A stretch of 64,000 nt of DNA from NCBI GenBank assembly GCA_964016885.1, contig OZ024743.1, forward strand, positions 7,068,001 to 7,132,000. Direction: 5' to 3'. Positions within the stretch are counted from its first letter, which is position 1; each line of letters starts with the position of its first letter. Below are positions 12,201 to 24,900 of this stretch, piece by piece. A program made the translations under genes and the position numbers. The notes below the pieces were generated by a model. That model searched no databases, was not told the origin of the DNA, and was given only the letters and a program-made list of their open reading frames with translations. Origin of the DNA: Eledone cirrhosa (Eukaryota).

Positions 12201-12917
12201 GTCTGTTAGAGCAGTAGTGTGTATTAGGGACTCGTAAAACCTATCCTTAAGTTCGTCTGGCAGCCCCGATTGGGGTGCGTAAGCTGATATTATTGTGGTA
12301 ATTGTCTTATTCAGGACTAGTCTGAGTTTAATGATTCTTGCATTTACCCTGTACACTGAGATTACTTTATCTACCCACTTGTCAGCTAATAGTATACCTA
12401 CACCACCCATCCCATCGTCATTTCCCACCCAGAAAAATTTGTAGCACTGGCTTTTTCCTACAAGGACTCTAGCAGACCCTCCTCTCCATCTAGTCTCTTG
12501 CACACAGCATACATCAACTTCCTTTCGCTCTAGCATTTCTACGATTTCTCCTGCTCTTCCTTTCATTGAGCCTACATTGATGGTACCAACTCGGAGTTTT
12601 GGGCATTTGTCGACACTCGTAGGGGAGGGTCTCTGGGTTGGCGCTTCACGTGGGTGCTTGGTAGCTCGCAGATTCATATTTCATCTATTGATTCAGAGTT
12701 ATTCGTGTATTCCCAGCTCATCCATCCATAACGGTGGGAAAATTGAGGGCTAGAAGAACAGTGGTGGTGGGGTAATGGCAGGGTGTGTTGGGATGCGCCA
12801 GAGGAGGAGAGAGTTAGTTAGGCAGGTAGTAGCAGCAGCAGTGGAAATGGCATGCTAGGTTTGATTGGTCGAATAGACTATGGTGGTGTGTGGGGGTGGG
12901 GGGGAGAGAACTTGTGA
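9252..12917 (-). mobile_element. Full-length RTE-clade non-LTR retrotransposon (LINE)
   Basis: Single ORF with APE endonuclease and RT, ~300-nt 3' UTR ending in (ATG)n at 9252-9270, ~240-nt 5' UTR. Confidence 0.95.
9558..12677 (-). CDS. RTE LINE polyprotein, 1039 aa: APE endonuclease, reverse transcriptase, PHD-type zinc finger, RTE C-terminus
   Basis: GTINVGSM, CVQETRW, SAYAPQ, GDFNGH and SQH (SDH-like) endonuclease motifs. NYRGIKL, QFGF, AFVDLEKAFD, GVHQGSVLSPLLF and YADD RT motifs. RLRWYGHVMR...GRPK.TW RTE tail. No stops or frameshifts. Confidence 0.97.
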   Translation of the reverse strand: MNLRATKHPREAPTQRPSPTSVDKCPKLRVGTINVGSMKGRAGEIVEMLERKEVDVCCVQETRWRGGSARVLVGKSQCYKFFWVGNDDGMGGVGILLADKWVDKVISVYRVNARIIKLRLVLNKTITTIISAYAPQSGLPDELKDRFYESLIHTTALTDDKDFLIIAGDFNGHVGKHCDGFNRVHGGHGVGTRNEEGFRFLEFCDANDMSICNTNFKKPDNHLITYRSGEHSSQLDFILIRGRDRWTVVNTKAFPSEECTSQHSLVVSDLTVRTRRALKQRPTWRRKIWKLKVPSTSNRFKDILLNAYDSKEEQIETFNVEENWEFLKNNLLEATDEVCGWSKTSSRRRVTWWWNNKVDEAVKAKRQAWKEWKNGGSRVHYIETKREARRQVYLARREAEDRKFKHVLQREDQKQEVFKIARQCVRDSCDVIGEKCIRNDKGELALTSAEKKDAWKSHYDRLLNEENAWEEETLPHVDPIEGPAVQVSGSVVSKAIRDMKIGKATGPSGIAAEMLKASGSVGHTITTRIVNQVILEGAIPKDWCSSIIVNCYKGKGDALDRGNYRGIKLMDQVMKVTERVIAQLIRDRVNIDEMQFGFVPGKGTTDALFLVRQLQEKYLAKSKPLYLAFVDLEKAFDRVPRAVIWWALRKLGVDEWLVKAVQAMYRGAVSKVRIGNEYSEEFSVQVGVHQGSVLSPLLFIIVLQAITEEFKTGCPWELLYADDLALIAESMVELENKFQTWKQGLERKGLKVNMTKTKVLISRRENRTQIPSGKWPCSVCRKGVGRNSILCPKCKQWVHKRCSGISGSLIKNVGFTCSSCAETASKQPQETSTTNLWEGPVETVDSFCYLGDRISNGGGCSESTITRVRTGWKKFRELLPLLAAKGFSLKMKGRLYDACIRTAMLHGSETWALKVEDLRRLERNEACMLRWMCNSNIRERQSIKELRERLSIRGIKCCVQERRLRWYGHVMRMKDDSCIKRCRALEVDGNRGVGRPKMTWDEVIKADLTQLHLSKSMTHDRDFWRHAVIQGTRPPMGTC

Positions 12918-15900
12918 GGTAGGAACTGAGGGTCGCATGGTAAATATCCAAGTTAATACTACATCAGTAAAATTAACAATAATAACGTCATGAAAAACTA
13001 CTAAGAGAAACCCTCGAAAATTTATCGCTAATACAGCAGGGAAAATTTAACGCTAATACTACATCAGTAAAATTAACAATAATAACGTCATGAAAAACTA
13101 CTAAGAGAAACCCTCGAAAATTTATCGCTAATACAGCAGGGAAAATTTAACGCTAATACAGCAGGGAACATCATAATATTAACGACAATATGTAGGCTAA
13201 AATACCTTCGTAGATTAGATGGATGGCTGGAAAAATTGGAATCAACTCTGTGATACATTTTAGCAGAGAAGAATGGGAAAGTGTCTTATCTCTTCAATAT
13301 TTTCAGATTGAATGAATTAGGTTAAAGACAGGGTAGTAAGCCTTAAAGAAGTGCATAGAGAGGGGGGGGGGTAGGAACTGAGGGTCGCATGGTAAATAAC
13401 TGAGAGAGATACAATAGGATTAGAATATACCGCATGGTAAATATCCAAGTTAATACTACATCAGTAAAATTAACAATAACGTCATGAAAAACTACTAAGA
13501 GAAACCCTCGAAAATTTATCGCTAATACAGCAGGGAAAATTTAACGCTAATACTACATCAGTAAAATTAACAATAATAACGTCATGAAAAACTACTAAGA
13601 GAAACCCTCGAAAATTTATCGCTAATACAGCAGGGAAAATTTAACGCTAATACAGCAGGGAACATCATAATATTAACGACAATATGTAGGCTAAAATACC
13701 TTCGTAGATTAGATGGATGGCTGGAAAAATTGGAATCAACTCTAGTGATACATTTTAGCAGAGAAGAATGGGAAAGTGTCTTATCTCTTCAATATTTTCA
13801 GATTGAATGAATTAGGTTAAAGACAGGGTAAATATCCAAGTTAATACTACATCAGTAAAATTAACAATAACGTAATGAAAAACTACTAAGAGAAACCCTC
13901 GAAAATTTATCGCTAATACAGCAGGGAAAATTTAACGCTAATACTACATCAGTAAAATTAACAATAATAACGTCATGAAAAACTACTAAGAGAAACCCTC
14001 GAAAATTTATCGCTAATACAGCAGAGAAAATTTAACGCTAATACAGCAGGGAACATCATAATATTAACGACAATATGTAGGCTAAAATACCTTCGTAGAT
14101 TAGATGGATGGCTGGAAAAATTGGAATCAACTCTAGTGATACATTTTAGCAGAGAAGAATGGGAAAGTGTCTTATCTCTTCAATATTTTCAGATTGAATG
14201 AATTAGGTTAAAGACAGGGTAGTAAGCCTTAAAGAAGTGCATAGAGAGGGGGGGGGGGGGGTAGGAACTGAGGGTCGCATGGTAAATAACTGAGAGAGAT
14301 ACAATAGGATTAGAATACCGCATGGTAAATATCCAAGTTAATACTACATCAGTAAAATTAACAATAATAACGTCATGAAAAACTACTAAGAGAAACCCTC
14401 GAAAATTTATCGCTAATACAGCAGGGAAAATTTAACGCTAATACAGCAGGGAACATAATAATATTAACGACAATATGTAGGCTAAAATACCTTCGTAGAT
14501 TAGATGGATGGCTGGAAAAATTGGAATCAACTCTAGTGATACATTTTAGCAGAGAAGAATGGGAAAGTGTCTTATCTCTTCAATATTTTCAGATTGAATG
14601 AATTAGGTTAAAGACAGGGTAGTAAGCCTTAAAGAAGTGCATAGAGAGGGGGGGGGGGGGGTAGGAACTGAGGGTCGCATGGTAAATAACTGAGAGAGAT
14701 ACAATAGGATTAGAATACCGCATGGTAAATATCCAAGTTAATACTACATCAGTAAAATTAACAATAACGTCATGAAAAACTACTAAGAGAAACCCTCGAA
14801 AATTTATCGCTAATACAGCAGGGAAAATTTAACGCTAATACTACATCAGTAAAATTAACAATAATAACGTCATGAAAAACTACTAAGAGAAACCCTCGAA
14901 AATTTATCGCTAATACAGCAGGGAAAATTTAACGCTAATACAGCAGGGAACATCATAATATTAACGACAATATGTAGGCTAAAATACCTTCGTAGATTAG
15001 ATGGATGGCTGGAAAAATTGGAATCAACTCTAGTGATACATTTTAGCAGAGAAGAATGGGAAAGTGTCTTATCTCTTCAATATTTTCAGATTGAATGAAT
15101 TAGGTTAAAGACAGGGTAAATATCCAAGTTAATACTACATCAGTAAAATTAACAATAACGTCATGAAAAACTACTAAGAGAAACCCTCGAAAATTTATCG
15201 CTAATACAGCAGGGAAAATTTAACGCTAATACTACATCAGTAAAATTAACAATAATAACGTCATGAAAAACTACTAAGAGAAACCCTCGAAAATTTATCG
15301 CTAATACAGCAGAGAAAATTTAACGCTAATACAGCAGGGAACATCATAATATTAACGACAATATGTAGGCTAAAATACCTTCGTAGATTAGATGGATGGC
15401 TGGAAAAATTGGAATCAACTCTAGTGATACATTTTAGCAGAGAAGAATGGGAAAGTGTCTTATCTCTTCAATATTTTCAGATTGAATGAATTAGGTTAAA
15501 GACAGGGTAGTAAGCCTTAAAGAAGTGCATAGAGAGGGGGGGTAGGAACTGAGGGTCGCATGGTAAATAACTGAGAGAGATACAATAGGATTAGAATACC
15601 GCATGGTAAATATCCAAGTTAATACTACATCAGTAAAATTAACAAAAATAACGTCATGAAAAACTACTAAGAGAAACCCTCGAAAATTTATCGCTAATAC
15701 AGCAGGGAAAATTTAACGCTAATACTACATCAGTAAAATTAACAATAATAACGTCATGAAAAACTACTAAGAGAAACCCTCGAAAATTTATCGCTAATAC
15801 AGCAGGGAAAATTTAACGCTAATACAGCAGGGAACATCATAATATTAACGACAATATGTAGGCTAAAATACCTTCGTAGATTAGATGGATGGCTGGAAAA

Positions 15901-18900
15901 ATTGGAATCAACTCTGTGATACATTTTAGCAGAGAAGAATGGGAAAGTGTCTTATCTCTTCAATATTTTCAGATTGAATGAATTAGGTTAAAGACAGGGT
16001 AGTAAGCCTTAAAGAAGTGCATAGAGAGGGGGGGGGGTAGGAACTGAGGGTCGCATGGTAAATAACTGAGAGAGATACAATAGGATTAGAATATACCGCA
16101 TGGTAAATATCCAAGTTAATATTACATCAGTAAAATTAACAATAACGTCATGAAAAACTACTAAGAGAAACCCTCGAAAATTTATCGCTAATACAGCAGG
16201 GAAAATTTAACGCTAATACTACATCAGTAAAATTAACAATAATAACGTCATGAAAAACTACTAAGAGAAACCCTCGAAAATTTATCGCTAATACAGCAGG
16301 GAAAATTTAACGCTAATACAGCAGGGAACATCATAATATTAACGACAATATGTAGGCTAAAATACCTTCGTAGATTAGATGGATGGCTGGAAAAATTGGA
16401 ATCAACTCTAGTGATACATTTTAGCAGAGAAGAATGGGAAAGTGTCTTATCTCTTCAATATTTTCAGATTGAATGAATTAGGTTAAAGACAGGGTAAATA
16501 TCCAAGTTAATACTACATCAGTAAAATTAACAATAACGTAATGAAAAACTACTAAGAGAAACCCTCGAAAATTTATCGCTAATACAGCAGGGAAAATTTA
16601 ACGCTAATACTACATCAGTAAAATTAACAATAATAACGTCATGAAAAACTACTAAGAGAAACCCTCGAAAATTTATCGCTAATACAGCAGAGAAAATTTA
16701 ACGCTAATACAGCAGGGAACATCATAATATTAACGACAATATGTAGGCTAAAATACCTTCGTAGATTAGATGGATGGCTGGAAAAATTGGAATCAACTCT
16801 AGTGATACATTTTAGCAGAGAAGAATGGGAAAGTGTCTTATCTCTTCAATATTTTCAGATTGAATGAATTAGGTTAAAGACAGGGTAGTAAGCCTTAAAG
16901 AAGTGCATAGAGAGGGGGGGTAGGAACTGAGGGTCGCATGGTAAATAACTGAGAGAGATACAATAGGATTAGAATACCGCATGGTAAATATCCAAGTTAA
17001 TACTACATCAGTAAAATTAACAATAATAACGTCATGAAAAACTACTAAGAGAAACCCTCGAAAATTTATCGCTAATACAGCAGGGAAAATTTAACGCTAA
17101 TACAGCAGGGAACATAATAATATTAACGACAATATGTAGGCTAAAATACCTTCGTAGATTAGATGGATGGCTGGAAAAATTGGAATCAACTCTAGTGATA
17201 CATTTTAGCAGAGAAGAATGGGAAAGTGTCTTATCTCTTCAATATTTTCAGATTGAATGAATTAGGTTAAAGACAGGGTAGTAAGCCTTAAAGAAGTGCA
17301 TAGAGAGGGGGGGGGGGGTAGGGACTGAGGGTCGCTTGGTAAATAACTGAGAGAGATACAATAGGATTAGAATACCGCATGGTAAATATCCAAGTTAATA
17401 CTACATCAGTAAAATTAACAATAACGTCATGAAAAACTACTAAGAGAAACCCTCGAAAATTTATCGCTAATACAGCAGGGAAAATTTAACGCTAATACAG
17501 CAGGGAACATCATAATATTAACGACAATATGTAGGCTAAAATACCTTCGTAGATTAGATGGATGGCTGGAAAAATTGGAATCAACTCTAGTGATACATTT
17601 TAGCAGAGAAGAATGGGAAAGTGTCTTATCTCTTCAATATTTTCAGATTGAATGAATTAGGTTAAAGACAGGGTAGTAAGCCTTAAAGAAGTGCATATAG
17701 AGGGGGGGTAGGAACTGAGGGTCGCATGGTAAATAACTGAGAGAGATACAATAGGATTAGAATACCGCATGGTAAATATCCAAGTTAATACTACATCAGT
17801 AAAATTAACAATAACGTCATGAAAAACTACTAAGAGAAACCGTCGAAAATTTATCGCTAATACAGCAGGGAAAATTTAACGCTAATACAGCAGGGAACAT
17901 CATAATATTAACGACAATATGTAGGCTAAAATACCTTCGTAGATTAGATGGATGGCTGGAAAAATTGGAATCAACTCTAGTGATACATTTTAGCAGAGAA
18001 GAATGGGAAAGTGTCTTATCTCTTCAATATTTTCAGATTGAATGAATTAGGTTAAAGACAGGGTAGTAAGCCTTAAAGAAGTGCATAGAGAGGGGGGGGG
18101 GGGTAGGAACTGAGGGTCGCATGGTAAATAACTGAGAGAGATACAATAGGATTAGAATACCGCATGGTAAATATCCAAGTTAATACTACATCAGTAAAAT
18201 TAACAATAACGTCATGAAAAACTACTAAGAGAAACCCTCGAAAATTTATCGCTAATACAGCAGGGAAAATTTAACGCTAATACTACATCAGTAAAATTAA
18301 CAATAATAACGTCATGAAAAACTACTAAGAGAAACCCTCGAAAATTTATCGCTAATACAGCAGGGAAAATTTAACGCTAATACAGCAGGGAACATCATAA
18401 TATTAACGACAATATGTAGGCTAAAATACCTTCGTAGATTAGATGGATGGCTGGAAAAATTGGAATCAACTCTAGTGATACATTTTAGCAGAGAAGAATG
18501 GGAAAGTGTCTTATCTCTTCAATATTTTCAGATTGAATGAATTAGGTTAAAGACAGGGTAAATATCCAAGTTAATACTACATCAGTAAAATTAACAATAA
18601 CGTCATGAAAAACTACTAAGAGAAACCCTCGAAAATTTATCGCTAATACAGCAGGGAAAATTTAACGCTAATACTACATCAGTAAAATTAACAATAATAA
18701 CGTCATGAAAAACTACTAAGAGAAACCCTCGAAAATTTATCGCTAATACAGCAGAGAAAATTTAACGCTAATACAGCAGGGAACATCATAATATTAACGA
18801 CAATATGTAGGCTAAAATACCTTCATAGATTAGATGGATGGCTGGAAAAATTGGAATCAACTCTAGTGATACATTTTAGCAGAGAAGAATGGGAAAGTGT

Positions 18901-21900
18901 CTTATCTCTTCAATATTTTCAGATTGAATGAATTAGGTTAAAGACAGGGTAGTAAGCCTTAAAGAAGTGCATAGAGAGGGGGGGTAGGAACTGAGGGTCG
19001 CATGGTAAATAACTGAGAGAGATACAATAGGATTAGAATACCGCATGGTAAATATCCAAGTTAATACTACATCAGTAAAATTAACAAAAATAACGTCATG
19101 AAAAACTACTAAGAGAAACCCTCGAAAATTTATCGCTAATACAGCAGGGAAAATTTAACGCTAATACTACATCAGTAAAATTAACAATAATAACGTCATG
19201 AAAAACTACTAAGAGAAACCCTCGAAAATTTATCGCTAATACAGCAGGGAAAATTTAACGCTAATACAGCAGGGAACATCATAATATTAACGACAATATG
19301 TAGGCTAAAATACCTTCGTAGATTAGATGGATGGCTGGAAAAATTGGAATCAACTCTGTGATACATTTTAGCAGAGAAGAATGGGAAAGTGTCTTATCTC
19401 TTCAATATTTTCAGATTGAATGAATTAGGTTAAAGACAGGGTAGTAAGCCTTAAAGAAGTGCATAGAGAGGGGGGGGGGGTAGGAACTGAGGGTCGCATG
19501 GTAAATAACTGAGAGAGATACAATAGGATTAGAATATACCGCATGGTAAATATCCAAGTTAATACTACATCAGTAAAATTAACAATAACGTCATGAAAAA
19601 CTACTAAGAGAAACCCTCGAAAATTTATCGCTAATACAGCAGGGAAAATTTAACGCTAATACTACATCAGTAAAATTAACAATAATAACGTCATGAAAAA
19701 CTACTAAGAGAAACCCTCGAAAATTTATCGCTAATACAGCAGGGAAAATTTAACGCTAATACAGCAGGGAACATCATAATATTAACGACAATATGTAGGC
19801 TAAAATACCTTCGTAGATTAGATGGATGGCTGGAAAAATTGGAATCAACTCTAGTGATACATTTTAGCAGAGAAGAATGGGAAAGTGTCTTATCTCTTCA
19901 ATATTTTCAGATTGAATGAATTAGGTTAAAGACAGGGTAGTAAGCCTTAAAGAAGTGCATAGAGATGGGGGGGGGGGGGGGGGGTAGGAACTGAGGGTCG
20001 CATGGTAAATAACTGAGAGAGATACAATAGGATTAGAATACCGCATGGTAAATATCCAAGTTAATACTACATCAGTAAAATTAACAATAATAACGTCATG
20101 AAAAACTACTAAGAGAAACCCTCGAAAATTTATCGCTAATACAGCAGGGAAAATTTAACGCTAATACAGCAGGGAACATAATAATATTAACGACAATATG
20201 TAGGCTAAAATACCTTCGTAGATTAGATGGATGGCTGGAAAAATTGGAATCAACTCTAGTGATACATTTTAGCAGAGAAGAATGGGAAAGTGTCTTATCT
20301 CTTCAATATTTTCAGATTGAATGAATTAGGTTAAAGACAGGGTAGTAAGCCTTAAAGAAGTGCATAGAGAGGGGGGGGGGGGGTAGGAACTGAGGGTCGC
20401 TTGGTAAATAACTGAGAGAGATACAATAGGATTAGAATACCGCATGGTAAATATCCAAGTTAATACTACATCAGTAAAATTAACAATAACGTCATGAAAA
20501 ACTACTAAGAGAAACCGTCGAAAATTTATCGCTAATACAGCAGGGAAAATTTAACGCTAATACAGCAGGGAACATCATAATATTAACGACAATATGTAGG
20601 CTAAAATACCTTCGTAGATTAGATGGATGGCTGGAAAAATTGGAATCAACTCTAGTGATACATTTTAGCAGAGAAGAATGGGAAAGTGTCTTATCTCTTC
20701 AATATTTTCAGATTGAATGAATTAGGTTAAAGACAGGGTAGTAAGCCTTAAAGAAGTGCATAGAGAGGGGGGGGGGGTAGGAACTGAGGGTCGCATGGTA
20801 AATAACTGAGAGAGATACAATAGGATTAGAATACCGCATGGTAAATATCCAAGTTAATACTACATCAGTAAAATTAACAATAACGTCATGAAAAACTACT
20901 AAGAGAAACCCTCGAAAATTTATCGCTAATACAGCAGGGAAAATTTAACGCTAATACTACATCAGTAAAATTAACAATAATAACGTCATGAAAAACTACT
21001 AAGAGAAACCCTCGAAAATTTATCGCTAATACAGCAGGGAAAATTTAACGCTAATACAGCAGGGAACATCATAATATTAACGACAATATGTAGGCTAAAA
21101 TACCTTCGTAGATTAGATGGATGGCTGGAAAAATTGGAATCAACTCTAGTGATACATTTTAGCAGAGAAGAATGGGAAAGTGTCTTATCTCTTCAATATT
21201 TTCAGATTGAATGAATTAGGTTAAAGACAGGGTAAATATCCAAGTTAATACTACATCAGTAAAATTAACAATAACGTCATGAAAAACTACTAAGAGAAAC
21301 CCTCGAAAATTTATCGCTAATACAGCAGGGAAAATTTAACGCTAATACTACATCAGTAAAATTAACAATAATAACGTCATGAAAAACTACTAAGAGAAAC
21401 CCTCGAAAATTTATCGCTAATACAGCAGAGAAAATTTAACGCTAATACAGCAGGGAACATCATAATATTAACGACAATATGTAGGCTAAAATACCTTCGT
21501 AGATTAGATGGATGGCTGGAAAAATTGGAATCAACTCTAGTGATACATTTTAGCAGAGAAGAATGGGAAAGTGTCTTATCTCTTCAATATTTTCAGATTG
21601 AATGAATTAGGTTAAAGACAGGGTAGTAAGCCTTAAAGAAGTGCATAGAGAGGGGGGGTAGGAACTGAGGGTCGCATGGTAAATAACTGAGAGAGATACA
21701 ATAGGATTAGAATACCGCATGGTAAATATCCAAGTTAATACTACATCAGTAAAATTAACAATAATAACGTCATGAAAAACTACTAAGAGAAACCGTCGAA
21801 AATTTATCGCTAATACAGCAGGGAAAATTTAACGCTAATACAGCAGGGAACATAATAATATTAACGACAATATGTAGGCTAAAATACCTTCGTAGATTAG

Positions 21901-24900
21901 ATGGATGGCTGGAAAAATTGGAATCAACTCTAGTGATACATTTTAGCAGAGAAGAATGGGAAAGTGTCTTATCTCTTCAATATTTTCAGATTGAATGAAT
22001 TAGGTTAAAGACAGGGTAGTAAGCCTTAAAGAAGTGCATAGAGAGGGGGGGGGGTAGGGACTGAGGGTCGCTTGGTAAATAACTGAGAGAGATACAATAG
22101 GATTAGAATACCGCATGGTAAATATCCAAGTTAATACTACATCAGTAAAATTAACAATAACGTCATGAAAAACTACTAAGAGAAACCCTCGAAAATTTAT
22201 CGCTAATACAGCAGGGAAAATTTAACGCTAATACAGCAGGGAACATCATAATATTAACGACAATATGTAGGCTAAAATACCTTCGTAGATTAGATGGATG
22301 GCTGGAAAAATTGGAATCAACTCTAGTGATACATTTTAGCAGAGAAGAATGGGAAAGTGTCTTATCTCTTCAATATTTTCAGATTGAATGAATTAGGTTA
22401 AAGACAGGGTAGTAAGCCTTAAAGAAGTGCATATAGAGGGGGGGTAGGAACTGAGGGTCGCATGGTAAATAACTGAGAGAGATACAATAGGATTAGAATA
22501 CCGCATGGTAAATATCCAAGTTAATACTACATCAGTAAAATTAACAATAACGTCATGAAAAACTACTAAGAGAAACCCTCGAAAATTTATCGCTAATACA
22601 GCAGGGAAAATTTAACGCTAATACTACATCAGTAAAATTAACAATAATAACGTCATGAAAAACTACTAAGAGAAACCCTCGAAAATTTATCGCTAATACA
22701 GCAGGGAAAATTTAACGCTAATACAGCAGGGAACATCATAATATTAACGACAATATGTAGGCTAAAATACCTTCGTAGATTAGATGGATGGCTGGAAAAA
22801 TTGGAATCAACTCTAGTGATACATTTTAGCAGAGAAGAATGGGAAAGTGTCTTATCTCTTCAATATTTTCAGATTGAATGAATTAGGTTAAAGACAGGGT
22901 AAATATCCAAGTTAATACTACATCAGTAAAATTAACAATAACGTCATGAAAAACTACTAAGAGAAACCCTCGAAAATTTATCGCTAATACAGCAGGGAAA
23001 ATTTAACGCTAATACTACATCAGTAAAATTAACAATAATAACGTCATGAAAAACTACTAAGAGAAACCCTCGAAAATTTATCGCTAATACAGCAGAGAAA
23101 ATTTAACGCTAATACAGCAGGGAACATCATAATATTAACGACAATATGTAGGCTAAAATACCTTCGTAGATTAGATGGATGGCTGGAAAAATTGGAATCA
23201 ACTCTAGTGATACATTTTAGCAGAGAAGAATGGGAAAGTGTCTTATCTCTTCAATATTTTCAGATTGAATGAATTAGGTTAAAGACAGGGTAGTAAGCCT
23301 TAAAGAAGTGCATAGAGAGGGGGGGTAGGAACTGAGGGTCGCATGGTAAATAACTGAGAGAGATACAATAGGATTAGAATACCGCATGGTAAATATCCAA
23401 GTTAATACTACATCAGTAAAATTAACAATAATAACGTCATGAAAAACTACTAAGAGAAACCCTCGAAAATTTATCGCTAATACAGCAGGGAAAATTTAAC
23501 GCTAATACAGCAGGGAACATAATAATATTAACGACAATATGTAGGCTAAAATACCTTCGTAGATTAGATGGATGGCTGGAAAAATTGGAATCAACTCTAG
23601 TGATACATTTTAGCAGAGAAGAATGGGAAAGTGTCTTATCTCTTCAATATTTTCAGATTGAATGAATTAGGTTAAAGACAGGGTAGTAAGCCTTAAAGAA
23701 GTGCATAGAGAGGGGGGGGGGGGGTAGGAACTGAGGGTCGCTTGGTAAATAACTGAGAGAGATACAATAGGATTAGAATACCGCATGGTAAATATCCAAG
23801 TTAATACTACATCAGTAAAATTAACAATAACGTCATGAAAAACTACTAAGAGAAACCGTCGAAAATTTATTGCTAATACAGCAGGGAAAATTTAACGCTA
23901 ATACAGCAGGGAACATCATAATATTAACGACAATATGTAGGCTAAAATACCTTCGTAGATTAGATGGATGGCTGGAAAAATTGGAATCAACTCTAGTGAT
24001 ACATTTTAGCAGAGAAGAATGGGAAAGTGTCTTATCTCTTCAATATTTTCAGATTGAATGAATTAGGTTAAAGACAGGGTAGTAAGCCTTAAAGAAGTGC
24101 ATAGAGAGGGGGGGGGGGGTAGGAACTGAGGGTCGCATGGTAAATAACTGAGAGAGATACAATAGGATTAGAATACCGCATGGTAAATATCCAAGTTAAT
24201 ACTACATCAGTAAAATTAACAATAACGTCATGAAAAACTACTAAGAGAAACCCTCGAAAATTTATCGCTAATACAGCAGGGAAAATTTAACGCTAATACT
24301 ACATCAGTAAAATTAACAATAATAACGTCATGAAAAACTACTAAGAGAAACCCTCGAAAATTTATCGCTAATACAGCAGGGAAAATTTAACGCTAATACA
24401 GCAGGGAACATCATAATATTAACGACAATATGTAGGCTAAAATACCTTCGTAGATTAGATGGATGGCTGGAAAAATTGGAATCAACTCTAGTGATACATT
24501 TTAGCAGAGAAGAATGGGAAAGTGTCTTATCTCTTCAATATTTTCAGATTGAATGAATTAGGTTAAAGACAGGGTAGTAAGCCTTAAAGAAGTGCATAGA
24601 GAGGGGGGGGTAGGAACTGAGGGTCGCATGGTAAATAACTGAGAGAGATACAATAGGATTAGAATATCGCATGGTAAATATCCAAGTTAATACTACATCA
24701 GTAAAATTAACAATAATAACGTCATGAAAAACTACTAAGAGAAACCCTCGAAAATTTATCGCTAATACAGCAGGGAAAATTTAACGCTAATACAGCAGGG
24801 AACATAATAATATTAACGACAATATGTAGGCTAAAATACCTTCGTAGATTAGATGGATGGCTGGAAAAATTGGAATCAACTCTAGTGATACATTTTAGCA

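Noticed and set aside
9688-12237. Plus-strand ORFs overlapping the LINE
   Set aside because: Antisense shadows of the LINE ORF with no recognisable motifs.
12678-12917. HDV-like ribozyme in the RTE 5' UTR
   Set aside because: Known from some RTE elements, but I could not build the nested double pseudoknot by eye. It would need a descriptor-based search.
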